64,000 nucleotides of DNA from Terriglobia bacterium (GTDB taxonomy: Bacteria; Acidobacteriota; Terriglobia; Terriglobales; Acidobacteriaceae): assembly GCA_020073525.1 (NCBI GenBank), contig JAIQFA010000030.1, forward strand, positions 4,496 to 68,495, in the 5' to 3' direction. The notes under the pieces were generated by a model, which had not been told where the DNA came from, ran no database searches, and saw only the letters and a list, made by a program, of their open reading frames with translations. Positions 17,258 to 27,522 of this stretch are shown here, one piece after another (the first letter of the stretch is position 1; the number at the start of each line of letters is the position of its first letter). The position numbers and the translations under genes are program-made.

Positions 17258-18610
17258 CTACGGCATCCTGGTGAGCCCTGGCAGTGTCTTGACCAGGTCG
17301 TTGTAGATCACCATTACGGCAAAGAGCACCAGAAAGACGAAAGCCGCCTGGTAGATGCGTTCTTTGATGGGCAGGCTGATTTCCTTCTGCATCAAGCTTT
17401 CGATGAAGAGCAGCAGGATGACGCCGCCATCCAGAATGGGAATCGGCAGCAGGTTCATGATGCCGAGGTTCAAGCTGATGGCGGCGGTGATGAGCAGCAG
17501 CGGAGTCCAGCCTTCTTCACGGGCGGCTTGGCCCACGGCGCTGCCGATCCCGATCGGACCATCAACCTGCCGCATCGAGACTTTGCGCTGCACCATCTTC
17601 TGCAGCAGTTCCAGAATCAGGAACGAACTCTTCTTGTTGTCCGAAAGCGAGCGGCTCAGCGCCTCCGAGAAATTGAGCTTCACCACCTTGGTGGGAACGC
17701 TGGCAATGCCAATCCGGTAGCCAGCTTCTTGCGCGGAGGTTGCGCGCGCGAGGATCGGTTTCACTGTGAAGGTCAGTTTCTGGCCATTACGCAAGACCAC
17801 CATTTCCAGCGGCTGATCCTTGGTGCGATTCAAGAGCTGGACCAGTGCCGCCAGGGCGGGAATCTCCTGGCCGTTCGCGGTGAGAATTTGGTCTCCGAGT
17901 TTGAGCCCGGCCTTTTCGGCGGGCATCCCCGGTTCCACCGTGGTCAGAGTCACGCTGGACTCTTGCGGCACCCAACCCATGACCCCGTATTGATTGGGCC
18001 CGAACGGCTCCGGTGTCATGACTTTCTCCATGATCTTGCCGTCGCGCTCGATGTCGAATTTCAAAGGCTGATTTGGGCTGAGGGCACACTTGACGTCCAC
18101 TTGTTCCCAATTCGGATTCTCGATGCCGTCAACCCGGACAATCTTGTCGCCCCGCTGGATTCCTGCCTTTTCGGCGGGAGTGTTGGGATTCACCCACCCG
18201 ATACGCGCCATCTCATCGAGCACGGCGGGATACTCGTAATGCACCATGTACACGCCCGTGAGCAGGGCAATCGCCAGCATAACGTTCATCGCCGGTCCGG
18301 CTAGAGCTACGATGAAGCGCTGCCAGCGCGGATGCGAAAGAAACTCCCCCGGATCGCCGGTGCGATCGTCCATGGGGTTTTCGCCCGACATCTTCACGTA
18401 CCCGCCGAGCGGAATGGCGCTGATGCGATAGTCGGTCTCACCTCGCGTGAAGCCCAGCAGACGTTTGCCAAAGCCGATCGAAAACACTTCCACCCGGACG
18501 CCAAAATACTTGGCTGCGGCGTAGTGGCCGAACTCATGAATCAGGATCATGAATCCGAGCACGATACCCATATCAAAAACGGTATGAAGGATGGACAAAA
18601 GCTGGGACAT
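17258..18610 (-). CDS. rseP: RIP site-2 zinc metalloprotease RseP
   Basis: 450 aa. HEFGH in TM1, two PDZ-like segments, C-terminal NLLPIPILDGG motif. Confidence 0.9.
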   Translation of the reverse strand: MSQLLSILHTVFDMGIVLGFMILIHEFGHYAAAKYFGVRVEVFSIGFGKRLLGFTRGETDYRISAIPLGGYVKMSGENPMDDRTGDPGEFLSHPRWQRFIVALAGPAMNVMLAIALLTGVYMVHYEYPAVLDEMARIGWVNPNTPAEKAGIQRGDKIVRVDGIENPNWEQVDVKCALSPNQPLKFDIERDGKIMEKVMTPEPFGPNQYGVMGWVPQESSVTLTTVEPGMPAEKAGLKLGDQILTANGQEIPALAALVQLLNRTKDQPLEMVVLRNGQKLTFTVKPILARATSAQEAGYRIGIASVPTKVVKLNFSEALSRSLSDNKKSSFLILELLQKMVQRKVSMRQVDGPIGIGSAVGQAAREEGWTPLLLITAAISLNLGIMNLLPIPILDGGVILLLFIESLMQKEISLPIKERIYQAAFVFLVLFAVMVIYNDLVKTLPGLTRMP

Positions 18611-18638
18611 ATTTTCTTAGGTTACTCCAAAATTCCTG

Positions 18639-19832
18639 TTACGAAATGGCCCTGATGGGCGATCTCTTTTGGCGCTTTTGTCTTACGATTTCGCTTGCCA
18701 AAAGTCGGGCCTCGGTATCCAGAGCAAGCACCTTCTGTATAGATTCCAAATGTCCGGCTGGCGTTGCGGCCATCGTTTCTTCGATGATTCGTGGAATATC
18801 CTCGAATCCGATCTGCTCCTCGAGAAACGCAGCCACCGCGATCTCGTCGGCGGCGTTCAGGGCAATAGTCTTTGCGCCCCCAACTTCCGCCGCTTCGTAA
18901 GCTAAAGCAAGACAAGGGAATTTAGCCATATCCGGGGGGCAGAAATCCAGATGCCGTAGGTCACTGATCGAGAAGCGCAACTCCGACGGAATCCGATCCG
19001 GATACGTCAGCGCATACAAAATGGGCAGACGCATGTCGGTCACAGATATCTGAGCAAGTATGCTGCCATCCACGAACTCGACCAGGGAATGGATCGTAGA
19101 TTGAGGGTGGACAACAACTTGCACGCGGTCGGGCGGAACATGGAACAGCCGGCAGGCCTCGATCACTTCGAACCCCTTATTCATCAACGTGGCCGAGTCG
19201 ATAGTGATCCTTTTTCCCATTTTCCAGGTGGGATGGTTGAGCGCCTGTTGCACCGTAATTAAGGCAAATTCCGACTTCGGCGTCTTGAGAAACGGCCCGC
19301 CGGAAGCGGTCAGCCAGATGCGCTCGACCTCATCCATTCTGCCGCCCCGCAGGCATTGGTGGACAGCGTTATGTTCGCTGTCAATCGGCAGCAGCGGCTT
19401 GCCTTGCTTTCGAGCCTCGGCGGTGATCAACTCCCCTGCTACAACTAGACACTCTTTGTTGGCTAGGCCGACAGTCTTTCCGGCCCGCACTGCTTCATAG
19501 GTTGCCTCCAGGCCGGAGACACCCACTATGGCGCTGACCACGAAATCCACTTCAGGATGTGTCGCGACACGAACCGTGCCCGGCGCGCCGTCAACGACTT
19601 CAATCTCGGAGAGGCCCGCGCTGCGGAGTTTGGCGCGGAGCGTTGCGGCATCCTGCTCCTTGGCCATTGACAGGACGCGGGGTTTCCAGCGCACCGCCTG
19701 CTTAAAGACAAGTTCGGCGTTGTTGCCGGCGGCGAGCGTCGAGACTTGAAAGAGGTTGGGATAGCTCTCGACCACACTCAAAGTGCTGCGGCCGATCGAG
19801 CCCGTCGAACCCAGGATGGCGATGCGTTTCAT
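18639..19832 (-). CDS. dxr: 1-deoxy-D-xylulose 5-phosphate reductoisomerase
   Basis: Homology starts at MKRIAILGSTGSIGRSTL (ATG 19832); 397 aa. The 732-aa track ORF is an upstream read-through across cdsA in another frame. Confidence 0.95.
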   Translation of the reverse strand: MKRIAILGSTGSIGRSTLSVVESYPNLFQVSTLAAGNNAELVFKQAVRWKPRVLSMAKEQDAATLRAKLRSAGLSEIEVVDGAPGTVRVATHPEVDFVVSAIVGVSGLEATYEAVRAGKTVGLANKECLVVAGELITAEARKQGKPLLPIDSEHNAVHQCLRGGRMDEVERIWLTASGGPFLKTPKSEFALITVQQALNHPTWKMGKRITIDSATLMNKGFEVIEACRLFHVPPDRVQVVVHPQSTIHSLVEFVDGSILAQISVTDMRLPILYALTYPDRIPSELRFSISDLRHLDFCPPDMAKFPCLALAYEAAEVGGAKTIALNAADEIAVAAFLEEQIGFEDIPRIIEETMAATPAGHLESIQKVLALDTEARLLASEIVRQKRQKRSPIRAIS

Positions 19833-19894
19833 GCGGAAGTCGAGACTTCTATTGTACGGGATTGTGGCCGCTTCGAATCTTAACCAGTCTCTTC

Positions 19895-20791
19895 CTACTG
19901 CATCAGCCGCCAGGCCCCGTACGCCCACACCACCGGCACCGCGAACAGCATGGCGTCGATGCGGTCGAGCATGCCTCCGTGGCCGGGGAGGATCGTGCCG
20001 GAGTCTTTCACTCCGGCACCGCGCTTGATGAGAGATTCGACTAGATCGCCCAACTGAGCTGCAATGTTGACCACCGCCGAGAGCAGAATGATCGGCCAGA
20101 GCGATGGCTGCTCCAAGCCCCACATCCCATCGCGGCGTTCGATCAACCCGACCCGCAGGAGAGCAGCGCTGATTCCGGGGGCGTGCTGAATCCACAGCGT
20201 GCCAATGATCACACTGGCCAGGATCGATGCCGCCGCACCTTCCCATGTCTTCTTCGGACTGATTTCCGGTGACATGCGGTGACGGCCGAACGACTTGCCG
20301 ACGAAGTAGGCAAAAATGTCTCCCGCCCACACGGCGAGTAGCGTGTAGATCGTCCAGATAGCTCCCGCCGGTTGCTGCCGGATTTGCACCACCAGCGCCA
20401 TTGGGATCGCAATGTACGCGAACGCAAACGACGATGCCGCCGCCGCCGGATAGCCGCTCGCCAAGTCGGCGCGCCGCATGGCTACGGTCAGAAACACAAA
20501 AGGTGCAAGCGTCGCGGCTACGGCTAGTCCGTAGAGCATGGCCGTAGTTTCCATCAGAGGCGTCCGGTTGGTGGAAGCGAAAACTACAAATACAAAGAAG
20601 AGCGCGACGAAGGCATATGTCGCCGGCCCCAGTGGCTGGACTGCGTAGTGAGTTGCCAGCTTCAGAAACTCGGCGATGGCCAGCACGGCCACCGCCCCGG
20701 CCACCAGCGCCAGCACATAGAGCGGAGCTCTGAGTACCAAGAAAAGGACGAGCGGAATAAGGACGAGGGCGGTGACGATTCGGGTGAGCAT
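19895..20791 (-). CDS. cdsA: Phosphatidate cytidylyltransferase
   Basis: Multi-TM protein with the C-terminal CTP-transferase signature SLIKRGAGVKDSGTILPGHGGMLDRID. Start taken at MLTRIVTAL (20791); the track start is 20848. Confidence 0.9.
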   Translation of the reverse strand: MLTRIVTALVLIPLVLFLVLRAPLYVLALVAGAVAVLAIAEFLKLATHYAVQPLGPATYAFVALFFVFVVFASTNRTPLMETTAMLYGLAVAATLAPFVFLTVAMRRADLASGYPAAAASSFAFAYIAIPMALVVQIRQQPAGAIWTIYTLLAVWAGDIFAYFVGKSFGRHRMSPEISPKKTWEGAAASILASVIIGTLWIQHAPGISAALLRVGLIERRDGMWGLEQPSLWPIILLSAVVNIAAQLGDLVESLIKRGAGVKDSGTILPGHGGMLDRIDAMLFAVPVVWAYGAWRLMQ

Positions 20792-20879
20792 TCGGGTCGG
20801 GAGAAATCTTAAACCACTGGGGCACCAAGGGCCACAATCGAATGCCATGGCCGTGCTCGGTGTGACAGCGGGTCTGGTA

Positions 20880-21785
20880 TCACGCCGTTCGCGATGGCGC
20901 TTCGCCGTCGGCGCCGCTCCGGAGGCGCATGTACATCATGGCGCTTGAGGCAACGAAAAAGAGCATCCAATGTCCGGAGAACCAGCGAATCAGTTCTGGC
21001 GACGGCGCACCGTTCTCAAAGCCGCCGTACCCTGGTTCTTTCATGAAGAACAGCGCTAAACAGAGAAGGAAATTGAAAATCGCATAGTAGAAGAAAAAGT
21101 AGGTGGAAATACGCACCCATTCGGGCCAACTCTTAATCGCGACGTCGAGAGATTGAGAATGGCCTTGCTGGTTAGTCCCCTTCGCGGCAGGGAAGAACAA
21201 CACAATGCAAGCCGCATGTAATGCGAAGAATCCGAGTGTGGAAACCAGAGCGACACCAGCAATGGCTGCAACATGGACCGCGAGGCTTACGGCGAGTCCG
21301 GTCGCGCTCAGAACGATAAGACCGGGGAAAAACATGCGTTCCCAAGATTCAAGCGGCTGGTGGCTCGGCGGGGTGGGCTTGGACAACACGGGGTTTCCCG
21401 CTACCACGTTGGCTAACTCTGAATCCCAAAGCACCGACGTCGCAGGCTTACCTGGGTTGTAGCGAACCGGAATGGTTTGCTCCCGCAGCCCCTCGGCCCA
21501 TTGTCGGGCTTCGTCTTCATCGTTGAAATCCTTCTCAAATTCGCCAGCCAGAGCGTAACGTTCGCCGGGCACATTATAGGAATACAAAAGCCTGACCCGG
21601 AAGCTGTCATTCTTGCTGGTGACCTCCGTCAAGGTGCAGGTTCCGTAACTGGTTGTCCAGTGCTCGCTCCGCCGATGCTGATAAGCGTGCCACGCCGCTC
21701 TCGCGCCGGCCGTAGTCATGGCAACGATTGCGAGCGGGTCTACACGTATGCCGTGGTAGGAAATGAAAAAGTGCGACGAGAGCAT
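20880..21785 (-). CDS. Membrane protein, N-terminal DUF3592-like domain plus 4-5 C-terminal TM helices
   Basis: 301 aa. TM helix followed by ...RVRLLYSYNVPGERYALAGEF...IPVRYNPGKP (DUF3592-like beta domain), then a hydrophobic C-terminal half. Assignment from memory only. Confidence 0.5.
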   Translation of the reverse strand: MLSSHFFISYHGIRVDPLAIVAMTTAGARAAWHAYQHRRSEHWTTSYGTCTLTEVTSKNDSFRVRLLYSYNVPGERYALAGEFEKDFNDEDEARQWAEGLREQTIPVRYNPGKPATSVLWDSELANVVAGNPVLSKPTPPSHQPLESWERMFFPGLIVLSATGLAVSLAVHVAAIAGVALVSTLGFFALHAACIVLFFPAAKGTNQQGHSQSLDVAIKSWPEWVRISTYFFFYYAIFNFLLCLALFFMKEPGYGGFENGAPSPELIRWFSGHWMLFFVASSAMMYMRLRSGADGEAPSRTA

Positions 21786-21873
21786 CCCGCCGAAGAGTCT
21801 ATAACGAACGAGGCGTGGCTAACAGAGAAGGCAGCGACACAATAGCGAAGTCTTGCTCAGAATGACAGATGTC

Positions 21874-22704
21874 TTACCGGTTCGCCCCAGCATGACCGTG
21901 GTGCGACGGGTGCTGCGGAGCGTGTCCGTCCTTCCCCAGGCCCCCGTAGCGCCGATCGCGCTTTTGATATTCTTCGATGCCCTCGAGCAGTTGCACCCCG
22001 CGAAAGTCGGGCCACAGCGTCTGCGTCACGTAGATCTCGGCATAGGCAAGCTGCCAGAGCAGGAAGTTACTCAGCCGCATCTCGCCGCTGGTGCGAATTA
22101 CCAAGTCCGGATCGGGCAAGCCCCGTGTGTAGAGATGATCGCTGATCGATTGCTCGTCGACTCGGATGTGATCGAGGCCGCCATTGCGGGCCGCAGCCTC
22201 CGCCAGCGAGCGAAAGGCGTCGACGATCTCGCTGCGCGCGCTGTAATTCAGGGCCAGGGTCAGCAGCATCCCGGTGTTCTTGGACGTAGCGCAACTTGCT
22301 TCTTCCATCTCGCGCTGCACCGATTCGGGTAACTCGTGCTGGCGACCGATGTATTGCAAACGAACATTGTTTTCGTTGAGAGTCTTGATTTCCGCTTTGA
22401 GATAACGGCACAAAAGGCGCATCAGGAAATCGACTTCCGACTTCGGGCGCTTCTTCCAGTTTTCTTCAGAGAAGGCGTACAAAGTCAACGCGGGAATCCC
22501 GATGCGGGCTGCCGTTTCGACCGTCGAACGCACGGAGGCGACGCCGGCGCGGTGTCCGGCAACGCGCGGCATGTGCCGGCGCCGGGCCCAACGGCCATTT
22601 CCATCCATGATGATGGCGATATGCTGGGGAAGACGCGCCGGATCAAGCCGCAGGTAAACTTCGCTTTCCTTGCGGTCCATCCCCGCCGGAACCGTGTGTC
22701 GCAA
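21874..22704 (-). CDS. uppS: Undecaprenyl diphosphate synthase (cis-isoprenyl transferase)
   Basis: IIMDGNGRWARRR and RTSGEMRLSNFLLWQ motifs. Short His/Gly-rich C-terminal tail. Confidence 0.9.
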   Translation of the reverse strand: MRHTVPAGMDRKESEVYLRLDPARLPQHIAIIMDGNGRWARRRHMPRVAGHRAGVASVRSTVETAARIGIPALTLYAFSEENWKKRPKSEVDFLMRLLCRYLKAEIKTLNENNVRLQYIGRQHELPESVQREMEEASCATSKNTGMLLTLALNYSARSEIVDAFRSLAEAAARNGGLDHIRVDEQSISDHLYTRGLPDPDLVIRTSGEMRLSNFLLWQLAYAEIYVTQTLWPDFRGVQLLEGIEEYQKRDRRYGGLGKDGHAPQHPSHHGHAGANR

Positions 22705-22787
22705 GCGGAACTCTCCGAATCGAAGCTAACACACGAAATCCAGTGCGTGCAATGTGATAGGAGCGTCCGCGGACAAGGTGTTGGCGG

Positions 22788-23852
22788 CTACCGTGCCTCT
22801 TCGGGAAAGATGGGCAGGATCAGTCGCTCGGTATGGCGAATAACGGTCAAAGCGCATCGCGCGCCCACCTCAGCGTCTGTCAACAAGCGATGCAGGTCGT
22901 CCACGCCCGCGACTGCCTTCTCGTCGAGCGCCACAATCACGTCGCCCTCGCGCAAGCCCGCCGTTCGCGCCGGGCTGCGATCCTCAATGCCGACCACAAC
23001 CACGCCGGTCTCTCGCGGCAGACCATAGAAGCGCACCACCCTCCGATGAATCGGAACCGTCTGCGCCGAGACCCCGATGTAGCTGCGCCGGATGCGGCCA
23101 TCGCGCAGCAGGCGGCTGGCAACGAACTTGGCGGTATTGATCCCGATGGCAAAACAGATTCCCTGCGCCGGCAGAATTGTCGCCGTGTTGACCCCAATCA
23201 CGTGGCCGCGCGAGTCGACTAGCGGGCCGCCGGAGTTCCCCGGGTTCAAGGCGGCATCGGTTTGAATGACATCCTCGATTAGTCGTCCTGAGTACGAGCG
23301 CAGCGACCGCCCGAGCGCGCTGATCACGCCCGCCGTCACTGTGGACTGAAATCCGTACGGATTCCCGATCGCAATCGCCATCTGCCCTGGCCGCAGTTGC
23401 TGCGAATCACCCAGCGGGACGGCCTGTAACCCGGAAGCATCAATTCGGATGACGGCGAGGTCGGTAGCCGGATCATCGCCGATGGTGTGCGCCGGAGTGC
23501 GCCGACCATCCGCAAGCGTCACTTCAATCCGCGTCGCGTCGTGCACCACGTGGCTGTTAGTGAGGATTAAGCCATCGGGCGTGAAGACGAAGCCCGAGCC
23601 GCCTCCCCGACGTTCGCGGGGCTCGCCCGAACGAGTTCGGGCGCCAGTTTGGCGAATCGCCTGATGTACTTCAACGTTCACCACCGACGGGCTGACCCTC
23701 TCGACGGCAGCGATGACTGCCCGCGAGTAGGAGTCGAGCAAGGCGGCGTCCGCAGATTCGGGAGCCGCGGAGCGCGCCGTTTCCTCCGCAAAATTTCCGG
23801 CCACCGGTTGGTGCGAGGAGAGGGGTTCCGCAAAGACACTATCGAGGTCCAT
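22788..23852 (-). CDS. HtrA/DegP-family trypsin-like serine protease with C-terminal PDZ
   Basis: 354 aa. Catalytic His (LTNSHVV), Asp (DLAVI), Ser (GNSGGPL), then a PDZ-like segment. Confidence 0.85.
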   Translation of the reverse strand: MDLDSVFAEPLSSHQPVAGNFAEETARSAAPESADAALLDSYSRAVIAAVERVSPSVVNVEVHQAIRQTGARTRSGEPRERRGGGSGFVFTPDGLILTNSHVVHDATRIEVTLADGRRTPAHTIGDDPATDLAVIRIDASGLQAVPLGDSQQLRPGQMAIAIGNPYGFQSTVTAGVISALGRSLRSYSGRLIEDVIQTDAALNPGNSGGPLVDSRGHVIGVNTATILPAQGICFAIGINTAKFVASRLLRDGRIRRSYIGVSAQTVPIHRRVVRFYGLPRETGVVVVGIEDRSPARTAGLREGDVIVALDEKAVAGVDDLHRLLTDAEVGARCALTVIRHTERLILPIFPEEAR

Positions 23853-23949
23853 GTTGCATAGATGAAGCCAACGGCCGCTTGGATTCCACCACTCACGTGG
23901 GACAGCGAGCTCCCGGACAGCCGGGGGCGGCTGTCCCTACGTGGCTCAA

Positions 23950-25680
23950 TCAGTCGCGGTTCACCCCGTAAGCATCCAGCACATCCCGCAGCGTAACGAT
24001 GCCTTCCAACTTGTGTACATCCGCGCGGTTTACGACCGGCAAAATATCAATCTGGTTCGCGCCCATGCGCTCCAGGGCCAGATCCAGCCCCTGGTCGGGG
24101 TGCACGTGTGGAAACACCAGCGCGTCCACGAGTTCACCGACCTTCTTATCCGGCCCTTCCGCCAGTTCACGCTCCAGCCGCGAAAGGTTAATCACGCCAA
24201 TGACCCCTCGTCGATCCGCAACCAGCCAGGTTCGGATCGCATTGGTGCGAACCCGCTCCAGCGCCTCGCGAACGGTCATCTCGGCGGGCAGCGAATCGCT
24301 GGCGGCGTGCATGACTCTTACGATCTGACGCTGACCATAGCGTTGACGTGATCCCGCCGACGGCAAGTGGATGCCGTCCTGAACGGCCAGCGCCTCGTAG
24401 ATGGGCTCATGCTGCAATCGCGACGCAATGAAAAGGCTTACCAGATTGGCAATCATCAGCGGGACGATCACGGCATAGTCCTGCGTCATCTCGAAGATCA
24501 TCAGCACCGAAGTCATGGGGGCGCGTACCACTCCGGCGAAAATCGCGCCCATTCCAACAAGCGCGTAAGCCCCGGGTGTCGCGGTGTACGCGGGAAACAA
24601 GTGGTGCGCCACGGTTCCTACCGTGCCTCCCAACATGGCGCCGATGAACAACGACGGTCCGAAGATGCCGCCGGCATTGCCGGTAGCGTAACTGGTGGTG
24701 ACGGCCAAAAGCTTCAGAACCACCAGCAGTGCCATCAACTGGAACGCCATCCTTCCGTTCAAAGCCTCACCGACAAAGCCATAGCCTACGCCCAGGACCT
24801 GCGGCACAAACCATCCCATCAGCCCGACCGCCAATCCGCCCACCACGGGTTGGAACCAGATTGTCTTCAGCGGCAACCGCAGGAAGCGCCCCCGTATGCC
24901 CAGCAACAGTTTCGTGAAGACCGCTGAGACCATACCGCCGGCCACTCCGAGCACTGCATAGACGGCAAACTCCGCCGGATGGACGAGTTGGTATTGCGGA
25001 ACCTTGAAGAGAGGATGATCGCCCAGGAACACACGCAGTACCATCCATGCCGTTGCCGAGGCTAGCACGACCGCGCCCATCACCGGTGCGTGCAGATCGC
25101 CCATGATCTCTTCGAGCGAAAACAGTACCGCAGCCAGTGGCGTATTAAACGCAGCTGCAATCGCGGCCGCCGCTCCCACCGGGATCAGTTTCTTTACTTG
25201 CTCGGCGGGTAGCCCGAGGAGACGTCCCAGCACGGAACCGATGCCCGCGCCAACTTGCACTGAGGGCCCTTCGCGTCCCAGCGGGATGCCGCTGGCGAGT
25301 GTTGCCGAAGTGCAGAAAAACTTACCCAGGACGGTGCGCAACGTGATGCGCCCTTCGCGCGCGAATAAAGCGGCCTTGGTTTGCGGCACGCCGCTGCCCC
25401 GTGCATTCGGAAAATAGCGATAGAGCAGGTATCCGATGCCGAGCGACCCCACCACCGGAAATAGCACACGCCGCCACGGCGCGCCCCCCACCGGGTACAG
25501 CCGCATCCCCATTCGTTCCGTCAGCAGAATGAAGGCGACGACCGCCAAGCCCGTCAAAGCGCCAATCACCAGCGCCAAAACCAGAAAGACCTGACTCTCG
25601 CGTTGTCGCAGTTCGGCCACGCGATAGGATAGCCAGGCTTTCCAGCCGCTACCGCTCGCCGTCGGAACGCTTTCACTCAT
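23950..25680 (-). CDS. ClC-family chloride channel/antiporter with C-terminal CBS pair
   Basis: GREGP, GIFGPS and AAFNTPLA selectivity motifs; two CBS repeats at the C-terminus. Start taken at MSESVP (25680); the track start is 25890. Confidence 0.85.
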   Translation of the reverse strand: MSESVPTASGSGWKAWLSYRVAELRQRESQVFLVLALVIGALTGLAVVAFILLTERMGMRLYPVGGAPWRRVLFPVVGSLGIGYLLYRYFPNARGSGVPQTKAALFAREGRITLRTVLGKFFCTSATLASGIPLGREGPSVQVGAGIGSVLGRLLGLPAEQVKKLIPVGAAAAIAAAFNTPLAAVLFSLEEIMGDLHAPVMGAVVLASATAWMVLRVFLGDHPLFKVPQYQLVHPAEFAVYAVLGVAGGMVSAVFTKLLLGIRGRFLRLPLKTIWFQPVVGGLAVGLMGWFVPQVLGVGYGFVGEALNGRMAFQLMALLVVLKLLAVTTSYATGNAGGIFGPSLFIGAMLGGTVGTVAHHLFPAYTATPGAYALVGMGAIFAGVVRAPMTSVLMIFEMTQDYAVIVPLMIANLVSLFIASRLQHEPIYEALAVQDGIHLPSAGSRQRYGQRQIVRVMHAASDSLPAEMTVREALERVRTNAIRTWLVADRRGVIGVINLSRLERELAEGPDKKVGELVDALVFPHVHPDQGLDLALERMGANQIDILPVVNRADVHKLEGIVTLRDVLDAYGVNRD

Positions 25681-25890
25681 CGTTATGGAATCACTTCTCA
25701 AAAGCATATCGCACTGGATGGGTTCCTGGCCGCGGCAGCTGAGAAATCGGGTTGCCCCTTTTCGCGTGCCCTCTCGCAAAAAAAACAGCAAACCCCTATG
25801 TGTGACAGCGGTCACGATATCGCGGCCTGGATGATCTCTATACTCAGGGAGATTCCGCAATTCGAAATAACTCGGCCTGAGGAGCATCAA

Positions 25891-27495
25891 GTGAAGACGG
25901 TATTGCCGTTTCGTCCGTATTTATACCTTTCTTATGTTCCCGGTTTGTTGATGGTCTTCATCATTGTGCTGGTTGCCGCCTGCACCACAGGCTGCGGCAC
26001 CCGCGGTTCCAATCCGCCGGCGCCCGTCTTGAGTGGCAACACCTCTGTCACGGTGCTGCTGTCGAGCACCGCGAACGATCAGTTATCTCAATACGAAATT
26101 AGTTTCAATAGCGTCTCTTTGACCAGCAAATCGGGGAAGACCGTCGACTTATTCACCACGAGCCAGAATACTGAATTCATCCATCTGAACGGCCAGGCGG
26201 AGGCGCTCTTGACAGTTAGCATTCCGCAGGACATCTACACTTCGGCCACTGCGAGCATTGGGCCTGCCAACTTCACGTGCGCGACGCTTATTCCGGCGAC
26301 CGGCGGACTTGACATCAGCATGTTTGCGTATGGGTACGTGCCGTCAAACCAAGTGACCGTGAACGTGCCTACCCCGATCACCGTTACGGGCGCCGGCATG
26401 GGACTCAAGCTCGACATGCAAGTGTCGCCATCGGCGACTCTTCCCAGTTCGTGCTACACAACTGACTTGGAGCCTTGGTCGATCAACCCGACCTTCGATC
26501 TCACCCCGGTGTCCTTCTCGTCTCCGGTTGTAGAACCTTTGCTCGACGGGCGTATTACTTCCCTCAACCCGGCCGACAACACTTTCACGATAGCGCTGGC
26601 GGGCGGCGTGAGAATGCCTGGGGCTTCAGGAGATGGCCAGATCTTGACCGTGAAGACCAGCAACAGCACTGTCTATCAGGGTGTTAACGGCTTATCGCTG
26701 CTTATCGTGGGCACTTTCGTTGACATGGACGCGACCATTCAATCGGATGGTTCGCAATTGGCGACGCGCATTGCCGTCGAAGATGCGAATACCACTAGTA
26801 TGACTGTGTCGACTGGCCCGGTACTGCAAACGAACACCGCGTGGCCGGTGCTAGTTGAGTTATCACGCCAAAACCAGGGGTACCTCACCGATGCCGGATT
26901 ATTCCCCATTGGCTCGTATTTCAGCTTTGGTAGCGCGGCGTTTCAAATCTTGGGGCGGTTTGCGAACCTGCAAAGTCTACCATTCGTTCCCAGCTTCGAT
27001 GCCAGCAACGTTTTTGCCGGACAGAATGTCTATATCACTACCCAGGCAATCACCTGGGGATACCCTCCCACGTACTTTCCGTTGACGACCGTCACGCTCA
27101 TGCCGCAAACCATCAACGGAACAATTACTGGAATTTCCACCGAGGGGAGCTTTACCGTTTATACCGTAATGCTCGCTGCTTACGACCTGATCCCCACGCT
27201 CGCTGTGCAACAGGGTCAAACCACCGTGCTCAACGATCCGAGCACGGTTCTAATCTATGTGGACAAAACCACTTCGATGCTCAACAAGCAACCTCTCGCT
27301 CTAGGCAGTGTGATGCGCTGTGGCGGAATGCTCTTCAACGATAACGGCACGATGCGTATGGATTGCGGTCAAGTCAACGACGGCGTCGCGGTGCAGGCGG
27401 GAACGCAGGCTCCGGAGGTTGCTGGTTCGGCGCACCTGCCGCAGCACTCGGTTGCGGTTCATCGGTATCTGCGGCACCCAGTTGCTTCCAAGTGA
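25891..27495 (+). CDS. Lipoprotein with DUF4382-like and DUF5666-like beta domains
   Basis: GTG 25891 preceded by GGAG (6-nt spacing). Lipobox LVAAC. Ser/Thr/Val-rich beta-type sequence. Domain names from memory. Confidence 0.6.
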   Translation: MKTVLPFRPYLYLSYVPGLLMVFIIVLVAACTTGCGTRGSNPPAPVLSGNTSVTVLLSSTANDQLSQYEISFNSVSLTSKSGKTVDLFTTSQNTEFIHLNGQAEALLTVSIPQDIYTSATASIGPANFTCATLIPATGGLDISMFAYGYVPSNQVTVNVPTPITVTGAGMGLKLDMQVSPSATLPSSCYTTDLEPWSINPTFDLTPVSFSSPVVEPLLDGRITSLNPADNTFTIALAGGVRMPGASGDGQILTVKTSNSTVYQGVNGLSLLIVGTFVDMDATIQSDGSQLATRIAVEDANTTSMTVSTGPVLQTNTAWPVLVELSRQNQGYLTDAGLFPIGSYFSFGSAAFQILGRFANLQSLPFVPSFDASNVFAGQNVYITTQAITWGYPPTYFPLTTVTLMPQTINGTITGISTEGSFTVYTVMLAAYDLIPTLAVQQGQTTVLNDPSTVLIYVDKTTSMLNKQPLALGSVMRCGGMLFNDNGTMRMDCGQVNDGVAVQAGTQAPEVAGSAHLPQHSVAVHRYLRHPVASK

Positions 27496-27522
27496 AAGTG
27501 GCGGCATGAACCACAGCTGTCT

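Noticed and set aside
18639-20837. 732-aa ORF spanning dxr and the whole of cdsA
   Set aside because: Only the C-terminal 397 aa (from MKRIAILGSTGSIG, ATG 19832) resemble Dxr. The upstream 335 aa are Arg/Gly/Ala-rich read-through in an alternative frame of cdsA. The cdsA frame itself carries the CTP-transferase signature.
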